From the NCBI GenBank assembly GCA_050298595.1, contig JBNKUM010000085.1, positions 96,001 through 160,000 on the forward strand: 64,000 bases of DNA, read 5' to 3'. Position numbers and translations under genes: made by a program. Shown piece after piece: positions 10,476 to 20,895 of the stretch. The stretch's first letter is position 1. Each line of letters begins with the position of its first letter. Origin of the DNA: Gammaproteobacteria bacterium (GTDB taxonomy: Bacteria > Pseudomonadota > Gammaproteobacteria > GCA-001735895). Under the pieces are notes generated by a model, which did no database searches, was not told the origin of the DNA, and saw only the letters and a program-made list of their open reading frames with translations.

Positions 10476-10581
10476 ACTCACCCTAAAGCAGTTGATTTGG
10501 CGAGTAAAAAACAGGCCTTCAGGGTGATTTAGATACGCGTTGCGGCTACACTACCCCTTGTATTAATTCAGAGTAGTATTT

Positions 10582-11868
10582 ATGTCGAGCAACGGCATCC
10601 AGAGTTCAGCAAGAATACTTCGCCAGCTATACCTGCTACGTAATGTCACCATTATTTTCATTTCACTGATGGTGATACTGGCGTTCTACGGCCTCAATAT
10701 AAACCTGCCTGTCATTCCATTAAGCATCATCTTACTGATTATGGCTGGAACCAATCTACTCACCCGTTTGATGATTGACCAGAATAAAGCCATCAGCCAG
10801 CGTGTGATTTTTATTCAGTTGATGATCGAGATTATTTCCTTTTCTCTAATCCTTTACTTTGCCGGTGGCGCCACCAACCCTTTAACCTTCTTTTATCTGA
10901 TCCCGTTGGCGATTGCTGCCACCGTGATCCCCGGCCGCTACACCTGGACACTCACCCTGTTTACCATCGCTCTGTATAGTCTGTTACTGGAGTTCTATAT
11001 CCCGCTTTCCTATCAGATGCATGATCACCAGCATATGCAAGCTGGTGATAGCCAGTTCAATCAGCATGTACTGGGCATGTGGTTTGGTTTTCTGGTCAGC
11101 GCCTTACTGGTGACCTGGTTTATCACCTATCTGGCTCAGGAACTTAAATCTCGAGACATCGCCATCAACGAGGCACGTCAAAGAGAGTTACGCGATCAGC
11201 AAATGGTCACTCTGGGCACACTGGCCGCTGGTACTGCACATGAGTTGAGTACCCCATTAGCCACACTGGCTATAGTCAGTGGTGAGCTGACCGATGGTTT
11301 CGACCCAGTGAAGCATGAAGAATTGTTTGAGAACCAGCAAATCCTGCGCGACCAGATAGCACGCTGTAAGGATATTCTGTCTGTATTATCTGAATCTGCC
11401 GGTGAGGTGCGAGCCGACGAGGGTTATTTGATACCTGCCGAAGACTTTATCGACCAAACCATTCATCACTGGCAAAGCCTGCGTGATGGCATGCTGTTCG
11501 AGCTTAACAAAGCAGCTATGCCACACCATGCTCGTCTATTATTCGATAAAACCATCAGCCAGTCAGTGATCAATCTGCTCAACAATGCAGCCGAAGTATC
11601 GACCGACCCGATACTGATAAACACCCAGATCCAGCAGGATATGCTCGAAATTGAGATTATCGATAATGGCCCAGGCATGAGTGACGAGCAAATAGCAATG
11701 GCCGGTGAAACCAGTTTTTCCGATAAACCCCACGGCATGGGCATAGGGTTATTCCTGGCTATCAGCACCCTGCGCCGGTGTGGTGGTAGTGTCCAGTTTG
11801 AACGCTTAACCCATCGGGGTACCTCTACCCTTATCACTATGCCCCTAATTATATCCGAGTCAACATAA
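10582..11868 (+). CDS. regB: Redox sensor histidine kinase, RegB/PrrB/RoxS family
   Basis: Six TM segments, GGATNPL quinone-site motif, AAGTAHELSTPL H-box, ARCKDIL redox cysteine, DNGPG and GMGIGL ATP lid. Confidence 0.9.
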   Translation: MSSNGIQSSARILRQLYLLRNVTIIFISLMVILAFYGLNINLPVIPLSIILLIMAGTNLLTRLMIDQNKAISQRVIFIQLMIEIISFSLILYFAGGATNPLTFFYLIPLAIAATVIPGRYTWTLTLFTIALYSLLLEFYIPLSYQMHDHQHMQAGDSQFNQHVLGMWFGFLVSALLVTWFITYLAQELKSRDIAINEARQRELRDQQMVTLGTLAAGTAHELSTPLATLAIVSGELTDGFDPVKHEELFENQQILRDQIARCKDILSVLSESAGEVRADEGYLIPAEDFIDQTIHHWQSLRDGMLFELNKAAMPHHARLLFDKTISQSVINLLNNAAEVSTDPILINTQIQQDMLEIEIIDNGPGMSDEQIAMAGETSFSDKPHGMGIGLFLAISTLRRCGGSVQFERLTHRGTSTLITMPLIISEST

Positions 11869-12413
11869 TGGAAAATAACCCAGACCAGGCCAACCTGTTA
11901 GTGGTTGATGATGATGAAGTGCTTTGTCATGTGCTCTCCAGAGCGCTGACTAAAAGACATTTTAATGTGCAGGTTGCTCACAGCCTTGACCAGGCCCTGA
12001 TTAGCGCTCATCAAAACCCTCCCGAATTCGCCGTGGTAGATTTACGTATAGGCACTGATTCAGGCTTAAGCGTGATCAAGGAACTGGTCGCAACTGAGCC
12101 AGGCATTCGCATCGTGGTGTTAACGGGATACGCCAGTATCAGTACTGCGGTCGAGTCCATAAAACTGGGTGCCCAACATTACCTGACCAAACCCGCTGAA
12201 GTGGATGACATTATCCAGGCTTTTTATCACGAAGAAGGTCGTACCGAGATCGATATCTCTCCACAGCCCATGTCGGTTAAACGCATGGAGTGGGAGCATT
12301 TACAGAAAGTCCTGAATGATAATGATGGTAATATTTCAGCCGCTGCACGCGCCATGGGAATGCATCGCAGAACCCTGCAAAGAAAACTCGCCAAGAAGCC
12401 AGTAAAGCAATAA
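11868..12413 (+). CDS. regA: Response regulator, RegA/PrrA family
   Basis: Receiver domain followed by EWEHLQ..GNISAAAR.MGMHRRTLQRKL. Confidence 0.95.
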   Translation: MENNPDQANLLVVDDDEVLCHVLSRALTKRHFNVQVAHSLDQALISAHQNPPEFAVVDLRIGTDSGLSVIKELVATEPGIRIVVLTGYASISTAVESIKLGAQHYLTKPAEVDDIIQAFYHEEGRTEIDISPQPMSVKRMEWEHLQKVLNDNDGNISAAARAMGMHRRTLQRKLAKKPVKQ

Positions 12414-12457
12414 AAAAGCCGACTGACGGGGCACTTTCATACAGCATAAAATCACCG

Positions 12458-13822
12458 CTATTTGGTGATTATCTCCGGCCCCATCATCAGGGTTGGTAAC
12501 CAGGTAGAAATCCATGGAATATAGGTAACAAGAATCAGAAACAGGAACATCACACCTAACCAGGGCGCGGCAGCCCTGACGATATTCAGCATAGACATTC
12601 CAGCAACCCCTGCGGTTACGAACAGGTTTAGACCAACCGGTGGGGTTATCATGCCGATCTCCATATTCACTACCATGATGATCCCCAGATGTATCGGATC
12701 TATACCCAACTGGATGGCAATCGGAAATACCAGAGGCGCAACAATAATCAGCAGCCCAGAAGGCTCCATAAACTGACCACCGATCAGCAACAGGATATTG
12801 ACGACGATAAGGAACATGATGGGACCAAAACCTGCTGACAACATGGCTTCGGTAATCATCTGCGGAATACGTTCTTCGGTTAACACATGCTTAAGAATCA
12901 AAGCATTGGCTATAATGAACAGCAGCATGATGGTTAATTTACCGGCTTCAAACAGGCTCTTCTTGGTGTCGTGATGCCAGAATACCGACAACCCACGCCA
13001 CAACAGCATCACTCCGGTTGGTCCTTTTTCCTTAAAAGGCCCCATATCACGATAGATAAAATTAGCTATGAAAAATGCATAGATTGCAGCCACGGCAGCA
13101 GCCTCGGTAGGGGTGAAAATACCACCATATATACCGCCTAGAATGATCACTATCAGCATCAGGCCCCATATTGCATCGCGCGCCGCTGCAAATATCTCGC
13201 TCCATCCAGCCCAGGGTTGGGCCGGTAAATTCTTATAGCGTGCGAAGGCATAGATAGCCAGCATCAACATGCCACCAGCCACCAGACCAGGCACCACACC
13301 AGCCAGAAACATGCGCCCGACCGATACATCGGTAGCCGCCGCATAAACCACCATAACGATAGAAGGCGGGATCAGAATACCCAGCGTACCCGCGTTACAG
13401 ATAACGCCTGCAGCAAATTCTTTGGTATAACCGACCTGTACCATACCCGCTATGACTATGCTACCTATCGCCACCACCGTAGCAGGGGATGAACCCGATA
13501 ATGCGGCAAACATCATACAGGCGAATACCGAGGCCATTGCCAGCCCACCACGGAATGAGCCCACCACTGCAATGGCAAAGCGAATAATCCGATGCGCCAC
13601 ACCACCCGTAGACATAAATACAGAAGCTAGAATAAAGAAAGGAATCGCCAGCAGGGTATAATGCCCTTCAAAGGCTGAAAACAGGGTTTGAGCAACCGAA
13701 TCCAGCGAGGCATCCGAATGCATCATCAGAAAAATAATGCTCGACAGACCCAGTGATACCGCTATGGGTACCCCAATCAACATAAAGCCAACAACCATCA
13801 GGAAAAGAATTGCGATATCCAT
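12458..13822 (-). CDS. dctM: TRAP C4-dicarboxylate transporter, large permease
   Basis: LLAIPFF, SGSSPAT, LIPPSI, FTPTEAA and GMITPPVG motifs. Confidence 0.95.
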   Translation of the reverse strand: MDIAILFLMVVGFMLIGVPIAVSLGLSSIIFLMMHSDASLDSVAQTLFSAFEGHYTLLAIPFFILASVFMSTGGVAHRIIRFAIAVVGSFRGGLAMASVFACMMFAALSGSSPATVVAIGSIVIAGMVQVGYTKEFAAGVICNAGTLGILIPPSIVMVVYAAATDVSVGRMFLAGVVPGLVAGGMLMLAIYAFARYKNLPAQPWAGWSEIFAAARDAIWGLMLIVIILGGIYGGIFTPTEAAAVAAIYAFFIANFIYRDMGPFKEKGPTGVMLLWRGLSVFWHHDTKKSLFEAGKLTIMLLFIIANALILKHVLTEERIPQMITEAMLSAGFGPIMFLIVVNILLLIGGQFMEPSGLLIIVAPLVFPIAIQLGIDPIHLGIIMVVNMEIGMITPPVGLNLFVTAGVAGMSMLNIVRAAAPWLGVMFLFLILVTYIPWISTWLPTLMMGPEIITK

Positions 13823-14520
13823 TATTTTTCCTCCTGATGGGCTTTTACTTCTTCCAGTTCATCCTCTACCTCATGGCTGGCGATTATCTTATCCAGCTCT
13901 CCAGTGAGCACCTTCCAGCCCAGCTCTAAAAATCTAAAGGCCAATAAAAAAATACCCAGCGGCAATGCCAGATAAGGAAGAAAACGGGGTATTTTTTCGT
14001 AAACTATCGGCTCGTATTCATAATCGTTTTCATCTTCATAAGCCTTGCGACAACTGACATCCTGCTCTGAATCACTCATCCCGCATTCGTTAACAAACCC
14101 TTCAATAAAACGTAACGAATCCGGCATAGGGATATCCTGTGTTTCCAGCCAGGCCCTTTCAGTCGCAAAGGGGTACCAGTAATTCCACGACCCGATTAAT
14201 AGCATCACAGAAAAAACAAGGCAGGCAGAAACCGCAATCATGGCCATGATCTTTCGATGCAGGGGGGACAACATATTAATCACCACATCTACGCCGATAT
14301 GGATATGCTTTTTAACCCCGTAAGATGCACCCATCAATACCAGCCAGGCAAACAGGTATACCGTCATTTCCAGTGCCCACAGGATATTGCTGTTGAATAT
14401 ATAACGTGCGATTACGTTAGCGAAGGTTAACAGGGTCATTAACCCCAGGCAGATGGCAATACTGGTTTCTTCAATATTATCTGTTATCCGCCCTAGCTTG
14501 CTCGTAGCTTGGTGATTCAT
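13822..14520 (-). CDS. dctQ: TRAP transporter, small permease
   Basis: NVIARY, WALE and HIGVD motifs; four TM segments; ATG 14520 follows a GGGAG RBS. Confidence 0.9.
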   Translation of the reverse strand: MNHQATSKLGRITDNIEETSIAICLGLMTLLTFANVIARYIFNSNILWALEMTVYLFAWLVLMGASYGVKKHIHIGVDVVINMLSPLHRKIMAMIAVSACLVFSVMLLIGSWNYWYPFATERAWLETQDIPMPDSLRFIEGFVNECGMSDSEQDVSCRKAYEDENDYEYEPIVYEKIPRFLPYLALPLGIFLLAFRFLELGWKVLTGELDKIIASHEVEDELEEVKAHQEEK

Positions 14521-14613
14521 TGCTGGCTCCCGGAAAGTGTCGGATGACACCGAAAATATCCAGATTTCACAGTCAGAAATCGAAAGATATGACGGTCTGT
14601 TTTATAATTATGG

Positions 14614-14650
14614 GTGAACCCAGCGGCCACGTAATGACCACTGGGTCCAC
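14614..14650 (-). other. Intercistronic stem-loop between dctP and dctQ
   Basis: GTGGACCCAGTGGTCA / TGGCCGCTGGGTTCAC stem with G-U pairs on the minus strand and no U tract. It may stabilise the dctP mRNA segment. Confidence 0.5.
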
Positions 14651-14688
14651 TATACTGCTAAAGGTTAATTAAATTAACCCGATATTCA

Positions 14689-15687
14689 TTACTTATTGGA
14701 TTTTAAAGCAGCTTGCATCAGATCAGAACCGATATCCTTCTCAAATTTCTTCCATACAGGTTTCATGGCATCTACCCAGGCCTGACGTTGAGCGGTAGTC
14801 AGGGTACGTACTACGCCACCAGCTTTGATAATATTTTCCTTATTCTGTAGATTCACTCTATTCGATTCAGCATTACGTGTTTCACTCACTTCTTTCAAAA
14901 TAGTACTTAACTGGGTGCGCACATCCTTAGGTAAGCCCTTCCACCATTTAGAAGAAGTTACCACCAGATAATCCAGAATACCGTGGTTGGTTTCAGTCAC
15001 CCCGTCCTGCACTTCAAAGAACTTTTTGCCATAGATGTTAGACCAGGTGTTTTCCTGACCATCAACCACTTTGGTTTGTAGGCCACCGTAAACCTCTTTA
15101 AATGACATCTTCTGTGGAGATGCACCTAACTGCTCGAACTGTGCAACCAGCACGTCTGAAGCCTGCACGCGGAACTTAAGGCCTTTGGCGTCAGAAGGCT
15201 TGATCAACGGTTTGTTGGCGGACATCTGCTTCATACCGTTATGCCAGAAAGCCAGACCTTTCAAACCACGACGAACCATCGAGTTCTTTAGCCTTTCACC
15301 ATCTCTGGAATTCTGAAAACGGTCTACCGCATTTACGTCTTCAAATACAAAAGGCAGATCGAAGATACGAAATTTCTTGGTGAATTTTTCGAATTTTGAT
15401 AATGAAGGGGCTGCCAAATGAACATCGCCATTCAGCATCGCTTCCAGTACTTTATTATCATCATACAGAGTAGAGTTAGGGAAAACCTCCATACAGGCTT
15501 TACCGTTCATTTCTTCATTGACGCGTTTTTCTAACAGCGATGCGGCAATCCCTTTTGGGTGCTTGTCGGTATTGGTCACGTGGCTGAATTTAATGACGAT
15601 TTCACCTGGGTCGCAGTTTGCCAGAGCAGCAGAACTTGAAACAGCGAGTACAGAAGATACAGCCAGACCGATGAGTGCTTTACGCAT
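14689..15687 (-). CDS. dctP: TRAP C4-dicarboxylate-binding periplasmic protein
   Basis: Signal peptide; IKFSHV, HPKG, FDLPF, GLKFRVQ and VVDGQEN motifs. Confidence 0.95.
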   Translation of the reverse strand: MRKALIGLAVSSVLAVSSSAALANCDPGEIVIKFSHVTNTDKHPKGIAASLLEKRVNEEMNGKACMEVFPNSTLYDDNKVLEAMLNGDVHLAAPSLSKFEKFTKKFRIFDLPFVFEDVNAVDRFQNSRDGERLKNSMVRRGLKGLAFWHNGMKQMSANKPLIKPSDAKGLKFRVQASDVLVAQFEQLGASPQKMSFKEVYGGLQTKVVDGQENTWSNIYGKKFFEVQDGVTETNHGILDYLVVTSSKWWKGLPKDVRTQLSTILKEVSETRNAESNRVNLQNKENIIKAGGVVRTLTTAQRQAWVDAMKPVWKKFEKDIGSDLMQAALKSNK

Positions 15688-15752
15688 TTGATAACCTCCG
15701 GGGTTTGTTTATTGTTTTGGGGAATGCCCCCCTGATCGAACAAAGCTTTATT

Positions 15753-15768
15753 AGCATAGCCTGTGCCA
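15753..15768 (-). promoter_or_regulatory. Sigma-54 (-24/-12) promoter of dctPQM
   Basis: TGGCAC-AGGCT-ATGCT on the minus strand, about 65 bp upstream of dctP. Confidence 0.7.
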
Positions 15769-15855
15769 GTTTTTAACGCATGCTGAAACGATCCTGCAAG
15801 CCACTGAAATCCAAAGTGTTTTATCGGCTAGCATAATTTTAACCCAAACCATTCA

Positions 15856-15873
15856 TGGGCGGATTTCCACCCA
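15856..15873. promoter_or_regulatory. DctD-type upstream activator site
   Basis: Imperfect palindrome TGGGCGGATTTCCACCCA resembling TGTGCGGAAATCCGCACA, about 90 bp upstream of the sigma-54 site. Confidence 0.6.
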
Positions 15874-16029
15874 TTTGACACGATTACATGTTTCCCATCT
15901 CACCCAGAGTGATACCTTTAGGCAACTTCGATCAAGGATGAGCGTTATCAACCAGGGATATTCAAATAGCATTGGAGAGACGCGTAAAATGGGGTAATCT
16001 TGCGCCTGATTTTCAATCTGGACTGGTTC

Positions 16030-16965
16030 ATGTCTCGCTTTCTACAGGCTCTTTTTTCTATCTCATTACTGCTCTGCGTCCCTCATGCTGTCATTGCGGC
16101 ACCGCAGGTAGTGGTCACGATAAAGCCGATTCACTCTCTTGTAACCAATGTCATGCAGGGGGTATCTACCCCACAGCTATTAATAACAGGTAATCACTCG
16201 CCGCATACCTTCACCCTGAAGCCCTCGCAGATGCGCCAGCTCGAAACTGCTGACATAATTTTCTGGGTCGGTGAGTTACTGGAAACTTCACTCGAAAAGA
16301 CACTGCATCATGCAGCTAAAAACAGTCAGGTTGTAGAACTTATCGAAACCCCAGGTCTGCAGCAACTGGCAGCCAGAGCTCTGCACAACGGGGCGCAGCT
16401 GGAACACAAACCAGTCCTATCTGGACATCAGCATGATTCGTCCATCGATCCACATATCTGGCTATCGCCATTTAATGCCAGCAAGATGGTACAACATATC
16501 AGCAATACGCTGATCAAGCTTGATCCCGAAAATGCAGCGCAATATCTGGCGAATACTCAACAGACACTGCAACATATTCAACAGCTGGATCAGCAAATCA
16601 GCCATCAATTAAGCCCATTAGCAGGGCGACCCTTTGTAGTGTTTCACGATGCTTACCAGTATTTTGAACGGCATTACCAGCTAAAATCCATCGCTGCCGT
16701 TGCCCTCAGCCCCGACAGGCTACCGGGTGCCCGACACATCAGCAAAATAAAGAAGCGGATTAAAGCACTTAATGTAGCCTGCATATTTAAAGAAACTCAG
16801 TTCAGCTCTCAGCTTGTTAACACCATAAGCGAAGGTAGTAAGGTGAAAACTGGCTCGCTTGACCCACTGGGAGCCACCCTGACCGCAGGCCCAGACGCCT
16901 GGTTTGAGCTAATGCAAAACCTGAGCAACTCGATATCCGATTGTCTAACAACGAATCATGAATAA
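16030..16965 (+). CDS. znuA: Zinc ABC transporter substrate-binding protein
   Basis: TIKPIHSLV, SPHTF.LKPS, DPHIWLSP, VFHDAYQYF and LDPLG motifs. Confidence 0.93.
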   Translation: MSRFLQALFSISLLLCVPHAVIAAPQVVVTIKPIHSLVTNVMQGVSTPQLLITGNHSPHTFTLKPSQMRQLETADIIFWVGELLETSLEKTLHHAAKNSQVVELIETPGLQQLAARALHNGAQLEHKPVLSGHQHDSSIDPHIWLSPFNASKMVQHISNTLIKLDPENAAQYLANTQQTLQHIQQLDQQISHQLSPLAGRPFVVFHDAYQYFERHYQLKSIAAVALSPDRLPGARHISKIKKRIKALNVACIFKETQFSSQLVNTISEGSKVKTGSLDPLGATLTAGPDAWFELMQNLSNSISDCLTTNHE

Positions 16966-17060
16966 CCCCTCCTCTCTGCATTATGTTTAAATGCTGCTAC
17001 TTTATTATCATTAAGCGATCATGATTCCAGCGCTATTTCCAATTAACTATTGCATCCAGG

Positions 17061-17837
17061 ATGACTGCAATGAGCGATAAACCGTGGCTTATCAAGGCCA
17101 GCGGGATAGAGGTTAGTTATAACCAACGCAACATCCTGGAGGGCATAGATCTTGAGGTTGCTGAGGGCGAAATCGTTACCCTGATTGGCCCCAATGGCGC
17201 AGGTAAAACCACTCTGGTACGTGTCATGCTGGGGCTGATCAAGCCAACAGCTGGAAAGGTTCAACGTAAACCAGATCTCACCATTGGTTATATGCCTCAA
17301 CGTCTGCAATTACCCGAGACTCTGCCATTGACGGTCGCACGTTTTCTGCGTCTAAGTGGCATTCAGGATAAACAGAATTATCTGGGACTGGTACAGGAGC
17401 TGAGCATTCAACATCTGCTGGACAGCCCAATGATCAAGTTATCCGGGGGTGAAACTCAAAGAGTATTACTGGCACGCGCTTTGATAAAAAAGCCGCAACT
17501 ACTTGTTCTGGATGAGCCGGTTCAGGGCGTAGACGTTACCGGACAGTCTGAGCTCTACGCCCTCATAGCGCGCCTGAGAAAACGCTATCATTGCGGCATT
17601 TTGATGATATCTCACGATCTGCATCTGGTGATGGCAACCACCGACCGGGTGCTATGCATTAATCGGCATCTATGCTGTGTCGGTCATCCAGAAAGTGTCA
17701 GTCAGCACCCTGCCTATCTGGAGCTGTTCGGAGCGCCTGTGAGTGAGAACCTGGCCCTGTATACCCATCATCACGATCATACCCACGATATCCATGGCAA
17801 TGTGATAGAACTGGACGAGGATTCATCGCATGGATGA
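17061..17837 (+). CDS. znuC: Zinc ABC transporter ATPase
   Basis: [17 protein letters not shown] and [11 protein letters not shown] motifs; His-rich tail. Confidence 0.95.
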   Translation: MTAMSDKPWLIKASGIEVSYNQRNILEGIDLEVAEGEIVTLIGPNGAGKTTLVRVMLGLIKPTAGKVQRKPDLTIGYMPQRLQLPETLPLTVARFLRLSGIQDKQNYLGLVQELSIQHLLDSPMIKLSGGETQRVLLARALIKKPQLLVLDEPVQGVDVTGQSELYALIARLRKRYHCGILMISHDLHLVMATTDRVLCINRHLCCVGHPESVSQHPAYLELFGAPVSENLALYTHHHDHTHDIHGNVIELDEDSSHG

Positions 17838-18615
17838 TTTTCTATTGCGCGCCATCCTCGCCGGTTGCGGAGTTGCCATAGTCGCCGCCCCGCTGGGCAG
17901 TTTTGTGGTATGGCGTCGCATGTCCTATTTCGGTGACACACTGGCACATTCCGCCCTGCTGGGCGTTGCACTGGGGTTTCTATTTGATATCAATCTCAAT
18001 CTTGCTATTGTTTGCGTTGCTGTCATCATAGCTATGCTAATGCTTGGCCTGCAAAATCGCCGCCTGCTAGCGAGCGATACATTACTCGGCATACTTTCGC
18101 ATGGCACCCTGTCGATAGGACTGGTCGTTATAGCGACTCAAGACGATCTGCGCGTCGACCTGATGGGGTATCTATTTGGCGATATTCTAGCGGTTACCCC
18201 GACTGATTTACTTTGGGTATGGGGAGGCGGCCTGGTGGTGCTCGGGCTTTTGCTAAAGATATGGTACCCCTTACTCTCCCTGACCGTTCACCAGGACCTG
18301 GCTCAGGTAGAAGGGGTTGCGGTTAACAAGGTACAGATGATTTTCATGCTGATGATCGCACTGGTGATTGCCATATCGATGAAGATCGTTGGGGTTTTAT
18401 TGATCACCTCAATGCTCATCATCCCGGCTGCTGCCGCGCGTCGCTTTAGTCAGACCCCCGAGCAGATGGCCCTGATTGCAGCATTGACTGGAGTAACCTC
18501 GGTAGGATTAGGATTAACCGCCTCGTGGTTTTGGGATAGCCCGGCTGGGCCATCGATTGTGGTTGCCGCCACCTTGCTATTCGTAAGTAGTCAATTATTC
18601 AACCGTGTCGATTAG
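17830..18615 (+). CDS. znuB: Zinc ABC transporter permease
   Basis: [22 protein letters not shown] and IIPAAAAR motifs. Confidence 0.95.
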   Translation: MDDFLLRAILAGCGVAIVAAPLGSFVVWRRMSYFGDTLAHSALLGVALGFLFDINLNLAIVCVAVIIAMLMLGLQNRRLLASDTLLGILSHGTLSIGLVVIATQDDLRVDLMGYLFGDILAVTPTDLLWVWGGGLVVLGLLLKIWYPLLSLTVHQDLAQVEGVAVNKVQMIFMLMIALVIAISMKIVGVLLITSMLIIPAAAARRFSQTPEQMALIAALTGVTSVGLGLTASWFWDSPAGPSIVVAATLLFVSSQLFNRVD

Positions 18616-18711
18616 TTCATCTTTGATTCAGCAACATGCACCTACTATCTACTCGCTGTAAGCTGCCGACTATGACAAAATCCGCCCTTTAACCCGAAAC
18701 CCAGATTACTC

Positions 18712-20877
18712 TTGCCCGTAACCATCCGATCAATCCTGACTCTATGCTGCCTGGGCCTTACGCTCAATTCGGTACAGGCCGAGGACTGGAGTCTTTGCTC
18801 TGTTCCTGTGATCACCCCTGATCCAGATCTGAACAACTCGAATTTTACCAGTGAAATAACTGCCGACCAGTTATTCAGCCAGAACAATGATTATCTGTTG
18901 TTCACTGGGCAGGTTGAATTCAAACGCAACACAGAATCGATCAATGCGGATAGACTTGAGTTTTATCGAGACCCGCAGCATTTACAGGCAAGCGGTAATA
19001 TTATTTACTCGGACAATTTACTAAAGCTCACCACCAATGCCATGTCATTCAACGATGAGCTAAAACAGGGACTGTTTGATAACAGTGATTTCCAGCTGTT
19101 TGAGAATCATATACGCGGTTCGGCTGAATACATTGAGCAATCAGATGAGCTACATAGTCAGTTTAAGAATGTGAGTTTTACTACCTGCGATCCGGGTGAC
19201 AATCATTGGTCATTAAGCGCCAGCAAACTTGAGCTGGATAAAGATACGCGTCAGGGTACCGCTCAGAATGCGCTATTAAAAATCGGCCCGCTGCCGGTAT
19301 TTTACTTCCCCTGGATGATGTTCCCCCTTGGCGACCAGCGCATGAGTGGGATACTGTCACCCACCATTTCTGATTCAGACAAAGATGGCACCACTATATC
19401 CTTACCGGTTTACTGGAATCAGGCTGAAAACTACGATATGACCATCACTCCGGTGTCATACAGCAAACGTTCTTTACAGATCAATACCGAGAACCGTTAT
19501 CTGTTTCAAAATAATCAGGGCCAGCTACAACTGTCATGGCTGGATGACGATATCACTGGAAAAGAGCGCTGGTACCGTCAGTGGCTGCATGAAATGGATG
19601 CCCCCTTGGGCATACACACCTCAATCACCTATCAAAAGGTTTCAGATGAAGCATTTCTGAAAGACTTCGAACAGCTGGAATCGGTTACCTATGTTGACTT
19701 TCTAAAAAGCTCGATTAGCTTTTCTAACACTTTCGCTGAATGGGATACAAAGCTGCTATTCGAGGAATATCAGACTATAGATCTCACACAAAGTGTCGCC
19801 TCACGCCCTTACCGGCGCCAGCCGCGTTTGACGATTGACAGGACAAAGGCGCAGGAAGCTTTCAGCCTGAATCTAAACTGGCAGAATGAACTGGTTCGCT
19901 TTGATCGTGATGACAGCATTACCGGTGACCGACTACATATAAAACCAGCCATCAGCTACCCGATGCAAGGCGATTATTATTATGTTAACCCCTCGCTACA
20001 GCTGGATTTCACCGAATACCGACTGGATAACAACAAAAATGACATCAACTCGATTCAGCGCTCCATCCCGTTACTGAGTATCGACAGTGGCCTTATCTTT
20101 GAACGTGACGCTGGTACAGATGACCTACAGACTCTGGAACCACGGCTTTATCTGCTCTATGTGCCATACGAAGAGCAGTCGGATATACCGAAATTTGACA
20201 CCTCTCTAATCGTTGAAAACTATAACAGCCTGTTCATCAACAATCGATTCTCCGGTGCAGACCGCATCGGCGATACCGAACAGGCCAGCTTTGGGGTCAC
20301 GACCAGACTACTGGACAAGGAAAAGGGCAACGAATGGTTTAGCGCCAGTATCGCCCAGGCATTTTATGCCGGAGATCGCAAAGTCAGCCTGGATTCGACT
20401 GTCGACGAGCGGCGCAAATCCAACCTGATGACAAACCTTAGCTATAAGCCCAGCCCTGAGTGGAGTCTTCAACTCAACTCAGCCTATGACCAACAGCTTA
20501 AAGAACACCCTTCGTATGATGTCTCATTACGAAGACGTTCCGGGAATCAGGTTTTTAACCTGGAATACCATTTCAGAAAAGACTCACTGGAACAATCTAC
20601 ATTATCGATGGTCTACCCTGTCACCCATCGATGGACCAGTTATATCAAACACCAGTATTCATACCTTAAGCATAGGCCGGTACACAATCTGTTTGGCCTC
20701 GAATATGACAGCTGTTGCTGGCGTGTTGACCTGCTGTACGAGGATTCATCGGACGAAGCTTTGACCGAAACGGATCACAGTGTTTATTTTCAATTTACCT
20801 TTAAAGGTCTGAGTAATGCAGGAAAAGATATCAGTGCAATCCTTGAAGATGGTATCCTTGGCTATACCCCTGATTAA
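18712..20877 (+). CDS. lptD: LPS assembly outer-membrane protein
   Basis: FTTCDP, LEPRLYLLYVPY, NRFSGADRIGD and YDSCCW motifs; directly upstream of surA. Confidence 0.93.
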   Translation: MPVTIRSILTLCCLGLTLNSVQAEDWSLCSVPVITPDPDLNNSNFTSEITADQLFSQNNDYLLFTGQVEFKRNTESINADRLEFYRDPQHLQASGNIIYSDNLLKLTTNAMSFNDELKQGLFDNSDFQLFENHIRGSAEYIEQSDELHSQFKNVSFTTCDPGDNHWSLSASKLELDKDTRQGTAQNALLKIGPLPVFYFPWMMFPLGDQRMSGILSPTISDSDKDGTTISLPVYWNQAENYDMTITPVSYSKRSLQINTENRYLFQNNQGQLQLSWLDDDITGKERWYRQWLHEMDAPLGIHTSITYQKVSDEAFLKDFEQLESVTYVDFLKSSISFSNTFAEWDTKLLFEEYQTIDLTQSVASRPYRRQPRLTIDRTKAQEAFSLNLNWQNELVRFDRDDSITGDRLHIKPAISYPMQGDYYYVNPSLQLDFTEYRLDNNKNDINSIQRSIPLLSIDSGLIFERDAGTDDLQTLEPRLYLLYVPYEEQSDIPKFDTSLIVENYNSLFINNRFSGADRIGDTEQASFGVTTRLLDKEKGNEWFSASIAQAFYAGDRKVSLDSTVDERRKSNLMTNLSYKPSPEWSLQLNSAYDQQLKEHPSYDVSLRRRSGNQVFNLEYHFRKDSLEQSTLSMVYPVTHRWTSYIKHQYSYLKHRPVHNLFGLEYDSCCWRVDLLYEDSSDEALTETDHSVYFQFTFKGLSNAGKDISAILEDGILGYTPD

Positions 20878-20895
20878 TTTGTTTCTATAAATTCT

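Noticed and set aside
16966-17060. AT-rich znuA-znuC spacer as a possible Zur box
   Set aside because: Only a weak match to GAAATGTTATA-N-TATAACATTTC, and no zur gene lies in the window.
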